Source of the DNA: an uncultured Gammaproteobacteria bacterium | GTDB lineage: Bacteria; Patescibacteriota; Microgenomatia; Levybacterales; GWA1-39-11 | Assembly (NCBI GenBank): GCA_964627245.1 | Contig: CAZVGS010000001.1 | Span: 153,256-217,255, forward strand | Length of the DNA stretch: 64,000 bases | Direction: 5' to 3' | In this document: one piece after another, positions 49,696-57,828 of the stretch | Layout: every line of letters starts with the position of its first letter | Position numbering within the stretch: position 1 is the first letter of the stretch | Made by a program: the position numbers and the translations under genes | The notes under the pieces: model-generated | The model's database searches: none | The model's input: the letters and a program-made list of their open reading frames with translations, nothing else | Told to the model about the DNA's origin: nothing

Positions 49696-50388
49696 ATGCT
49701 AAAAATTGCTCTTATCGGCGCAAACGGCTACATTGGCACAGCACTTTACAATAAACTTCGCACTAACAAGAAAATGTTTGTAATTCCTGTAATAAGAGAG
49801 AATTACGCCAAGTTCAAGCGGGAGAATTACGATTTTGTTATAAATTCAGCACTGCCATCTGCAAGATACTGGGCATTAAATAACCCTAGAGAGGATTTTA
49901 ATGAAACAGTCGCAAAAACCGCAGACATTGTGTACGAATGGAAATACGGCAAAATTATCCAGATTAGTACAATTTCTGCAAGAGCAGAGGCCTCCTCTAT
50001 TTACGGGAGGCATAAGCTGATGGCAGAAAAACTTTGCAACCCAAAGCGGGATCTAATAGTAAGACTTACATCTACTTTTGATAAATCGCTAAAAAAAGGT
50101 GTGCTTATTGATATTCTAAAAGGCAACCAGGTTTTTGTAAGCGGTAAAAGCCGTTATTCATTTTCAAGTCTGGATTTTGTGTGCGAATGGATATCGCAAA
50201 ACACAGGAAAAAAAGGCGTTATTGAAGTTGGTGCAAAAAATTCAATTTCGCTTGAGGAGATCGTAAAAAAAATGAAACTTGATATAAAATTCAGCGGAAG
50301 AATAGACACGCAAGTAATTAGAAATCCGGAAAGCAAATTCCCCAATGCTAAGCTCGTTATTGATTTTATGAAAAATCAAATTAAATAA
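49696..50388 (+). CDS. Short NAD(P)-dependent SDR sugar reductase/epimerase
   Basis: IALIGANGYIG, IST and YGRHK (YxxxK). Start moved to ATG 49696. Confidence 0.78.
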   Translation: MLKIALIGANGYIGTALYNKLRTNKKMFVIPVIRENYAKFKRENYDFVINSALPSARYWALNNPREDFNETVAKTADIVYEWKYGKIIQISTISARAEASSIYGRHKLMAEKLCNPKRDLIVRLTSTFDKSLKKGVLIDILKGNQVFVSGKSRYSFSSLDFVCEWISQNTGKKGVIEVGAKNSISLEEIVKKMKLDIKFSGRIDTQVIRNPESKFPNAKLVIDFMKNQIK

Positions 50389-50426
50389 ATCTTGATAGAT
50401 GCATATTTCTGTGTTATTTTGGTTTA

Positions 50427-51689
50427 TTGATAATGATAAAAGCCAAAAGAATTCTCAAGTGCAGAGTTTGTAATAATAAAGATTTAGTCCCGTGCATAGA
50501 TATCGGCAAGCAGTACCTCTCCTCCATATTCCCAAAGAATAAAAATTACAAAAAAAACCAGTCGAAATATCCGCTATCATTGGTTCTGTGTAAAAAGCGT
50601 AATAATACTTGCGGAACACTACAGCTTGAATATTTTATTGATCTTACTGAAATGTATACAAATTACCCCTATTTGAGCGCAACAAATTCTTCAATGAAAT
50701 TACTTTTGGAAGATATAGCAAAAAGTTCCTTAAAGCATATTGAATTAACTAAAGACGATACCATCCTTGATATCGGAGGGAACGACGGTACGCTTCTTTC
50801 AAACCTCACAAAAACTAAAGCTTCTATGTTAACAATCGATCCAGCAAAAAATATAAAGCAAGAATTTTCGTACAAGAAATTTAAGTATGTTAATGATTAT
50901 TTCAGTAAAAAAACTTATGACAATTCTACAGACAAGAAATCCAAGCTTATTTTCTCTATTGCAATGTTTTACCACCTTTCAAATCCGGTAGAATTTTCTA
51001 AAGATGTTGAAAAATGTCTTGACGAAAATGGAATTTGGATAATTCAGATGGCATATCTGCCATCGATGCTAAAAACAAATATGTATGACAATATAGTTCA
51101 CGAACACGCAGGATACTACTCTCTCAATACAATGAAATGGATCATGGAGCGCGTAGGACTTGAGATATTTGATTGCGAGCTGAATGATGTTTATGGAGGG
51201 AGTTTTAGGATTTTTATAAAGAAAAAGAACAATAAAAGCATAAGGGTAAATAAAAGGGTAGCAAAAATCTTGTCAGATGAAGAAAAAATTGGAATTTATA
51301 AATTGAGCACTTATAGAAATTTCATGAAAAGTATTAGCAAAACAAAAGCTGATCTTCTAACACTTCTTACAAAACTAAAAAAGAGCAATAAATCTATCTG
51401 GGTTTACGGGGCCTCAACAAAAGGGAATACCATACTCCAATTTTGCGGAATTGATACAAAATTTATTACTGCAGCCGCTGATTCAAATCCGTTCAAATTT
51501 AATAAAATAATGATCGGGTCGGAGATCCCAATATTTGATGAGGAAAAAATGAGAAAGTCAAAACCTGATTATTTACTTTCGCTTCCATATAGCTTCACGT
51601 ATGCTTTTGTTGAAAGAGAAAGAAAATTAATCAAATCGGGAACAAAATTTATTGTCCCCCTGCCAAGGGTTAAGATAATTCCTAAGTAA
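50427..51689 (+). CDS. Second NDP-hexose C-methyltransferase
   Basis: CRVC..C....C, LDIGGNDGT, IAMFYHL, YDNIVHEH, YGGS.R, YGASTKGN and FIVPLP. Confidence 0.9.
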   Translation: MIMIKAKRILKCRVCNNKDLVPCIDIGKQYLSSIFPKNKNYKKNQSKYPLSLVLCKKRNNTCGTLQLEYFIDLTEMYTNYPYLSATNSSMKLLLEDIAKSSLKHIELTKDDTILDIGGNDGTLLSNLTKTKASMLTIDPAKNIKQEFSYKKFKYVNDYFSKKTYDNSTDKKSKLIFSIAMFYHLSNPVEFSKDVEKCLDENGIWIIQMAYLPSMLKTNMYDNIVHEHAGYYSLNTMKWIMERVGLEIFDCELNDVYGGSFRIFIKKKNNKSIRVNKRVAKILSDEEKIGIYKLSTYRNFMKSISKTKADLLTLLTKLKKSNKSIWVYGASTKGNTILQFCGIDTKFITAAADSNPFKFNKIMIGSEIPIFDEEKMRKSKPDYLLSLPYSFTYAFVERERKLIKSGTKFIVPLPRVKIIPK

Positions 51690-51693
51690 CTTC

Positions 51694-53415
51694 TTAATTT
51701 CTAGTTTTCCCTTTAACAACATTAATAATGTACATAATTGTGCTCAATAGCATAACCATACTAATAATTTTTAGCAGTCTCAAATGAAACACATCTTGAT
51801 ACGAAAATTCAAGGAAGTGAATTCCCTTCTTCAAATAAATATTGTTGCGTCCTTCAGTATCAGGCTGCAAATTTATTTTTTTGCCGTCTACAAATGCACT
51901 CCAACCGGGGAAATATAACGTATTCTCAACAAGATCTATATCCTCCCTGCTGCTTACTAAATATGAATGCTTAGTACTATTTCTAAATACAGGACTTACA
52001 TGTAAACCTTCTCTTTCTTCTATCGGTCCGACAGGCAAGTTCTGAAACCACATATTGTCTACCTCTCTCCATTTCGAGTTAGCATACCAGTGCCCTTCAA
52101 CAACATTAGTACTGCCTCTTACTCCACTTATTATGAAGTCGTCATCGATATTAACCATTGACCTGTGGGACCAGTTGAGCATGGAGTTAATGATAGTAAA
52201 AACCAAAAGTATATATATAACAAACTTCTTCTCTTTTAACAATATCGCCAAATTACCCGCCAATATAGCACCAGTAAAGGTAACTAGTAACATCATTCTA
52301 GAGGATGCTGTTGAAAGAAATGAGCTATTTCCCCACAAAAACTCAGAGTAAGTGGAAGATAAAAATATAAAAACAACAAATGCCAAAGTCCAAAAAATTG
52401 TATTGATTTTTCCTTTGAGTTCATTCTTACTAAAAAGAACGAAGTGGCTAAGTAGGAAAAAAACAATAATACTTGTATATCCAATTGGTGAGCTTATTTG
52501 GCCAAATGGGCCTTGATACAAAAACCCAAAGAAGTAGGGTGAAAAAAGTAGTTCGTTCATGCGAAGCCCTGTATTTATGTCCTCAAAACTCATTTTTGTA
52601 GTAATTGTGAATTTTGAAAGTAATATAGGACCTAGCCACATATATGAGGTTGATAGTAGTGCTACAATAACCGCAAGAAAAAACAAGAATATTAACTTGA
52701 AGTTCTTAAGAACTATGCTTGAAATCAACGCGTAAGAGATTAGCAATAATATAGAGACAAACGAAATTAGCGCATGAGACAATATTAACATCGACAATAC
52801 AATTGACATTGCAAGTGCATTAAATAGGCTGTTTTTTTTTAGAATTTTTAAGCTGAAGTAAAATATGAGCGGCAAGAGTGTAAATGCTAGTATCTCACCG
52901 ATAGGAATTTTGAAGTATTGATTAACTAAGTGGTAAGGAGCGAATTGATACAATACTGCAGAACTAAATCCAGCAAGCTTGTTGTTAAACATCTTAACTC
53001 CTAATATGTACATAAATAATCCCGATATGAAAAAATTAATAGCAAGAAAAAGTTTCATGCTCGTAATTAATCCAAATCCTAAGAAATAAAATAGGCTTAA
53101 AATATAGTATGGGAGAACGTAATTAAAAATAAAAAGCGGATATCCATAGGTGTTGTTAAGAGTCCCAGCCCACGAAGGCATCAAATTTCCTTCTTTTAAT
53201 GACGTGATAAAATCAACCGTTCTATATAAATGTAGATTAAAATCACCGCTCTCATATGAACCTATTCGAAAAGTACTAAGCACCGGAATTGTAAGAAGAA
53301 GTAAAAGAATAAAAGTGAAATTTATTTTTTTTTGGGGATTAAGGTTCCTATATACTAATATTCCAATCAGTAAAATACTGATCGCAATCAAATTTATTAT
53401 TGTCATAAATTCCAA
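51694..53415 (-). CDS. GT-C-like membrane protein (PTPS-related / YfhO-like)
   Basis: GDFNLH..R, P.WAG.LN..YGYPLF.FNY, APYH, GE and C-terminal YFPGW.A.VDG. Confidence 0.75.
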   Translation of the reverse strand: MEFMTIINLIAISILLIGILVYRNLNPQKKINFTFILLLLLTIPVLSTFRIGSYESGDFNLHLYRTVDFITSLKEGNLMPSWAGTLNNTYGYPLFIFNYVLPYYILSLFYFLGFGLITSMKLFLAINFFISGLFMYILGVKMFNNKLAGFSSAVLYQFAPYHLVNQYFKIPIGEILAFTLLPLIFYFSLKILKKNSLFNALAMSIVLSMLILSHALISFVSILLLISYALISSIVLKNFKLIFLFFLAVIVALLSTSYMWLGPILLSKFTITTKMSFEDINTGLRMNELLFSPYFFGFLYQGPFGQISSPIGYTSIIVFFLLSHFVLFSKNELKGKINTIFWTLAFVVFIFLSSTYSEFLWGNSSFLSTASSRMMLLVTFTGAILAGNLAILLKEKKFVIYILLVFTIINSMLNWSHRSMVNIDDDFIISGVRGSTNVVEGHWYANSKWREVDNMWFQNLPVGPIEEREGLHVSPVFRNSTKHSYLVSSREDIDLVENTLYFPGWSAFVDGKKINLQPDTEGRNNIYLKKGIHFLEFSYQDVFHLRLLKIISMVMLLSTIMYIINVVKGKTRN

Positions 53416-53422
53416 ACTATTT

Positions 53423-54442
53423 CTAAGGATCCCATAATCTTAGATAAAAATCGCATACCTTATTCCAAGTTTGCCTACTTGCCCAATAGTAGCCTTTATC
53501 GATTTTATTCGTAGCAGTTCCTTTTTCTATGCTTTTCCTTACAAAATTAACAATATCATTTTCATCCCTTGCAATTTGGACGTATTTCTTAAAAGGCGAC
53601 ATTTCCAAATAATCTTTCATTATTGGCGAGTTATATACAGCAATAACTTCTTTTTTTTGAACTAAAGCCTCAAGCATTGAGAGATAACGCGAAACAAAAA
53701 CAAATCTGTTTGAGGCTATTAAGTCTTCTACGTTTTCCTGAAACCCTAAAATGTTTACATCATCAGGTATTTTTGAGCCTAAACTTCCTTCTCCGACCAC
53801 CGTTAGTATAAATTTTGGATATTTTTTTTTGATTATCTTATAGGCTTTTATATATTGCAAAATTCCTGTTTGGTCATCAAGTCTTCCAAAAAAAACCGCG
53901 GATTGAGAACTTACTTTAGCATTTTCCCTTGTTAGCCTCACGCCACCATAGGTAACATAGGTTGGTCTTGCAAAATACCATTTTTTCATGAAATCTCCGA
54001 CACAAATCGACCCCTTAGTTGTAAATTCAGCAATTTTTCTTTGAATTATCCAGGACTTTTTAATTGGAAATCCCTCATAGCCGTGAAAAGTAATAGCACT
54101 CCTTTTATAAAAACCGAAAGGCAGCAATGGGTACAGCCAAAAGAAAACGTCATGTACGTGGACTATGTCAAATCTATAAAAGAACACCGCATTAAAAACA
54201 ACCCATTTCCATATATAGAACTTCTTAACCAGGCTGTTTGGTCCAATAGGAATTCTTACAACCTTTACCCTGTCAATAATTTCCGTTCTTTTGAGACCTG
54301 GCTCGAATTGCTCTGTCAAAACAACGACCTGATAACCCTTGTTAAGCAGCTCTTGAGTTAAAATTCTTACATGATTCTCGACACCGCCTATATGAGGATG
54401 GTATAATCTTGTAAGGAATAAAATTGTTTTTTTCTGTTTCAC
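53423..54442 (-). CDS. Glycosyltransferase family 4
   Basis: YHPHIGGVENHV, VHVHD, TFHG, FFGRL and LEAL. Confidence 0.85.
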   Translation of the reverse strand: MKQKKTILFLTRLYHPHIGGVENHVRILTQELLNKGYQVVVLTEQFEPGLKRTEIIDRVKVVRIPIGPNSLVKKFYIWKWVVFNAVFFYRFDIVHVHDVFFWLYPLLPFGFYKRSAITFHGYEGFPIKKSWIIQRKIAEFTTKGSICVGDFMKKWYFARPTYVTYGGVRLTRENAKVSSQSAVFFGRLDDQTGILQYIKAYKIIKKKYPKFILTVVGEGSLGSKIPDDVNILGFQENVEDLIASNRFVFVSRYLSMLEALVQKKEVIAVYNSPIMKDYLEMSPFKKYVQIARDENDIVNFVRKSIEKGTATNKIDKGYYWASRQTWNKVCDFYLRLWDP

Positions 54443-54527
54443 TCTGATATAGATAATATCATTTTTATATATTTTGATAATTTCATTTTGGATTGATTTG
54501 GCGGTCTAAACATTTTCAATACTCGAT

Positions 54528-54554
54528 TTAGCACTCTCATTAACAAACTGCTAA
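54528..54554. promoter_or_regulatory. CIRCE-like inverted repeat (putative HrcA operator)
   Basis: TTAGCACTC-N9-AACTGCTAA against consensus TTAGCACTC-N9-GAGTGCTAA: left arm perfect, right arm 7/9, spacer exact. Confidence 0.7.
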
Positions 54555-54611
54555 ACTGCAATGAACCGTCTTACTATTCGTGTATTGTATCAAACTATCA
54601 CATGGTATTGA

Positions 54612-54640
54612 TTGACAAAAATACCAAGAGTAAGGAGAAT
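54612..54640 (+). promoter_or_regulatory. Sigma70 promoter for lepB
   Basis: TTGACA-N17-GAGAAT upstream of ATG 54662. Confidence 0.55.
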
Positions 54641-54661
54641 ATAAAAAGCCGGGAAATAAAG

Positions 54662-55225
54662 ATGAATATTTTTAGGAAAATTTACTACATTCTGTTCGAC
54701 CTTATACAGACTCTCGTTATTGCGGGTGCTATTTTTGTTGTCATATATGCCTTCTTATTCCGCCCATATCAAGTAAATGGACATTCTATGGATCCGACTT
54801 TTGAAAATGGTGAATATGTTCTTACAAACCTGATATCATTAAGGCTCTCGGATCTAAAAAGAGGAGACATAATAGTGTTTCATGCTCCTCCCGACAAGGA
54901 AAAAGATTATATCAAAAGGGTTATCGGTCTCCCCGGTGACAGAGTCAAGGTTTTGAATGGCGAAGTTTTTTTGAACGGGACAAAATTGGATCAGCTCTCA
55001 TTTTTGGATGCCGGGGTTTACACTAATGGCGGTTCTTTTCTTGGTGAGGGAGACGAAGTTGTCGTTCCCGAGGGCCAATATTTTACTATGGGTGATAATC
55101 GCGAATTTAGTTCCGATTCCAGAGAGTGGGGATTTGTAACTAAGGATAAAATAATTGGAAAATCATTTTTCGTTTACTGGCCACTAAATCATATGAGGGT
55201 GGTAGAACACAAGTCTTTACCTTAA
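54662..55225 (+). CDS. lepB: Signal peptidase I
   Basis: One TM, V.GHSMDPT (Ser), YIKRVIGLPGD (Lys) and MGDNR..S.DSR. Confidence 0.95.
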   Translation: MNIFRKIYYILFDLIQTLVIAGAIFVVIYAFLFRPYQVNGHSMDPTFENGEYVLTNLISLRLSDLKRGDIIVFHAPPDKEKDYIKRVIGLPGDRVKVLNGEVFLNGTKLDQLSFLDAGVYTNGGSFLGEGDEVVVPEGQYFTMGDNREFSSDSREWGFVTKDKIIGKSFFVYWPLNHMRVVEHKSLP

Positions 55226-55275
55226 AAACGTAAATTTGGGCCATTTCTAGGCCTTAGGGGGCATATTTACGAAGC

Positions 55276-56097
55276 TCAAATCTCCAAAAGCCTCTGATAA
55301 ATCTTTTTCAACTCTTCTCCAGTCTTATCTTCCGATCCTTTAATGGTTATTATTATCTTTCCAAGAGCTCTTGATTGGTCAAATTTGACGTTCCAACCGT
55401 ATTTTTCACCTAAATTCTTAGCCATTTCATCCTGCTCGGGAATATAGATCTTGTCGCTCTTCTTTTGAGGCTCTTTCTTCTGAATTTCTGATTTTACCTG
55501 CCTTGCAACATCTTCCGCGCCCCTTACGCTTATACCCTCAACAAGGATCTTCTTGAATGCCTGAAGCATAAGTTTTGGATCGCCGATAGAAATAAGCGGC
55601 CTCACATGCCCTTCTGTTATCACTCCGGCAGCAAGAGCATCTTTTATAGCATCGGGAAGGGTTAAAAGCCTGATCGAGTTTGAAATGTAAGGCAATGATT
55701 TTCCGACTCTTTTGGCAACTTCGGTTACCGATAAATTGAACTCATCGATTAGCCTCTTGTATGCTTGTGCCCGCTCTATCGGATTAAGGTCTTCACGCTG
55801 GACATTCTCAACTATTGACATTTCAAGCATTTGTTGGGGAGTAGTTTGCTTTACCACAACAGGAACTTTAACAAGTCCGAGAATTTTTGCAGCTCTCCAT
55901 CGCCTTTCACCTGCAATAATTTGAAATCCCGCCGGAGTTTCGGCAACAACGATAGGCTCAAGAATTCCTTGTTCGCGAATCGAGTTAACTAAATCTGTTA
56001 ATGATTCAGGTGAAATTAGCCCTCTGGGCTGAAGGGGGTTTGGTTGGAGCAGAGTCAAGTCCAGTTCGACAATAGACATTGTCGCGTGATCATCCAT
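55276..56097 (-). CDS. parB: ParB/Spo0J chromosome partitioning protein
   Basis: PNPLQPR, GILEPI.V, IIAGERRWRAA, ENVQREDLNPIE and an HTH. Confidence 0.95.
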   Translation of the reverse strand: MDDHATMSIVELDLTLLQPNPLQPRGLISPESLTDLVNSIREQGILEPIVVAETPAGFQIIAGERRWRAAKILGLVKVPVVVKQTTPQQMLEMSIVENVQREDLNPIERAQAYKRLIDEFNLSVTEVAKRVGKSLPYISNSIRLLTLPDAIKDALAAGVITEGHVRPLISIGDPKLMLQAFKKILVEGISVRGAEDVARQVKSEIQKKEPQKKSDKIYIPEQDEMAKNLGEKYGWNVKFDQSRALGKIIITIKGSEDKTGEELKKIYQRLLEI

Positions 56098-56109
56098 AAT
56101 AAGTCAATA

Positions 56110-56355
56110 CTATACAACTTCTATTACCTTTTTTCCACGGGCAATTTTGAACTGGACAGTCCCGTCGGAAATAGCATAAATAGTATAATCTTTTCCCATC
56201 CCTACTCCTATTCCAGGATGAAACTTAGTACCTTTTTGTCTAACGATGATATTGCCGGAGACTACTTTTTCTCCGCCGTAAACTTTTACGCCCAAGCGCT
56301 TTGCTATAGAATCTTTATTTCCTTTTACCGATCCTGCCGACTTTGTATGTGCCAT
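56110..56355 (-). CDS. rpmA: 50S ribosomal protein bL27
   Basis: MAH.K..GS, KRLGVK and [10 protein letters not shown]. Confidence 0.97.
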   Translation of the reverse strand: MAHTKSAGSVKGNKDSIAKRLGVKVYGGEKVVSGNIIVRQKGTKFHPGIGVGMGKDYTIYAISDGTVQFKIARGKKVIEVV

Positions 56356-56679
56356 TTAAGCTTTTCCTCCCTTGATGCTGACAATCTCAATCTTAGTCAG
56401 TTGAGCCCTAAATCCTGTTGCTCTTCTGTATTTTGATTTGGCTCTGAATTTTGCGACTCTTACCTTATCTCCCTTAGACTGTTCTATTATTTTTGCTGTA
56501 ACTGCTGCTCCTGTAATGTAAGGCTTTCCAAGATCTGTTTTTCCGCCGTCTGAGGTCAAAAGAACTTCATCAAACGATATATTCTTTCCGTTTTCTCCTT
56601 CAATTTTATCAATCTCAAGTATGTTACCCGGACTGACCTTGTATTGTTTCCCTGACGCTTTGATTACTGCAAAATTCAT
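56356..56679 (-). CDS. rplU: 50S ribosomal protein bL21
   Basis: FAVIKASGKQYKV, G.PY and KYRR..G.R..LT. Confidence 0.97.
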   Translation of the reverse strand: MNFAVIKASGKQYKVSPGNILEIDKIEGENGKNISFDEVLLTSDGGKTDLGKPYITGAAVTAKIIEQSKGDKVRVAKFRAKSKYRRATGFRAQLTKIEIVSIKGGKA

Positions 56680-56689
56680 AATGGAAAGT

Positions 56690-56718
56690 ATTGTAGCAGA
56701 AAAGGTTCAAATATTCAA
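56690..56718 (-). promoter_or_regulatory. Sigma70 promoter for rplU-rpmA
   Basis: Minus strand TTGAAT-N17-TACAAT; 10 nt to the ATG. Confidence 0.65.
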
Positions 56719-56745
56719 TAAATTTCTCTTCCAATTCCGGAGATC

Positions 56746-57828
56746 TTAACCTATCTCAAGAGTCTTGTGCCTCTTACTCTCATAACCAATCGAGGACACG
56801 ATCCCCAACAGGATAAAACTGGTTATAAGCGAACTTCCTCCGTACGACACAAGAGGTAAAGTTACTCCAATTATCGGCATTATTCCTATGTTCATTCCGA
56901 TATTCGTAACGGACTGAGTTAAAAAGAGGAAAAAAACACCGATTACGATAAGGTAAGCGTAAGTTTCATCCAGTCTTGAGGCTATTTTGTAAATACGGTA
57001 CAGCAGAAAGAAGAGAAGCAAAATAACACTTAATCCTCCTAAAAATCCCAAACCCTCAGAAATTGAAGCGAAAATGAAATCAGTTTGCCTTTCAGGCAAA
57101 AACCGTAAAACCGACTGGGTACCTTCACCAAGCCCTTTACCAAAAAACCCTCCGCTGCCGATTGAAATCAGGGCTTGGATTGCATTGTATGATGAACCTG
57201 ACGGATCGGATGTAAGATTGAAAAGTGTTGTTATTCTTTCACGCTGGTAAGGCTTTAGAAGCTGGAAAATAATTGGTGCAGGCAAGACAACCAGCAAGAA
57301 AGAGGCGGCGTAAAAATAAATTGGGAATCCATACATCAAAAGCATACCTGAAATAGTTCCGAGATACATTAGTGCGGTTCCGGTATCCGGCTGACGCAAA
57401 ATAAGAAAAAATACCGGCAAAGAAATTAGTATCGTCATGATGTATTTTATAGCCATCGAGTATTTTTTATATGCCAGAAAATATGCTATTGAAACTATAA
57501 AAAAGGGTTTTAAGAGTTCCTCTATTTGAAGGCTGATCCCGAAAATTACCAACCAGCTTCTGCTGCTGTTTATTTCTACACCAAAGGTCAAAACCACCAA
57601 AAACATTACAATTATGAATGCATAAACTAGCTTCGGATACATAGCAAAGAACCTGTAATCAATGTTAAGAAAAATAAAATATAAAAATATTCCTGCAAGA
57701 AGAAAAATGGACTGTTGTCTGAAAAAAGTTACATCAATTGAAAAAAGTGTTGACAGACTTATTGCTACTAAAAGCAGGGCAGGTATAAGCAGTGAAAAGT
57801 CTATCCTATGGATGGAAAAACGGTTCAT
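56746..57828 (-). CDS. rodA: SEDS peptidoglycan glycosyltransferase RodA/FtsW
   Basis: SRSW, Q..EL.K, QPDTGT, YQRERI, IGSGG..GKG, LPERQTDFIF and GVTLPLVSYGGSS. Confidence 0.9.
   Translation of the reverse strand: MNRFSIHRIDFSLLIPALLLVAISLSTLFSIDVTFFRQQSIFLLAGIFLYFIFLNIDYRFFAMYPKLVYAFIIVMFLVVLTFGVEINSSRSWLVIFGISLQIEELLKPFFIVSIAYFLAYKKYSMAIKYIMTILISLPVFFLILRQPDTGTALMYLGTISGMLLMYGFPIYFYAASFLLVVLPAPIIFQLLKPYQRERITTLFNLTSDPSGSSYNAIQALISIGSGGFFGKGLGEGTQSVLRFLPERQTDFIFASISEGLGFLGGLSVILLLFFLLYRIYKIASRLDETYAYLIVIGVFFLFLTQSVTNIGMNIGIMPIIGVTLPLVSYGGSSLITSFILLGIVSSIGYESKRHKTLEIG

Noticed and set aside
55226-56110. parS site or parA next to parB; terminator between lepB and parB
   Set aside because: No TGTTTCACGTGAAACA-like palindrome noticed by eye, no parA, and only a weak 4-bp GGCC hairpin in the spacer.
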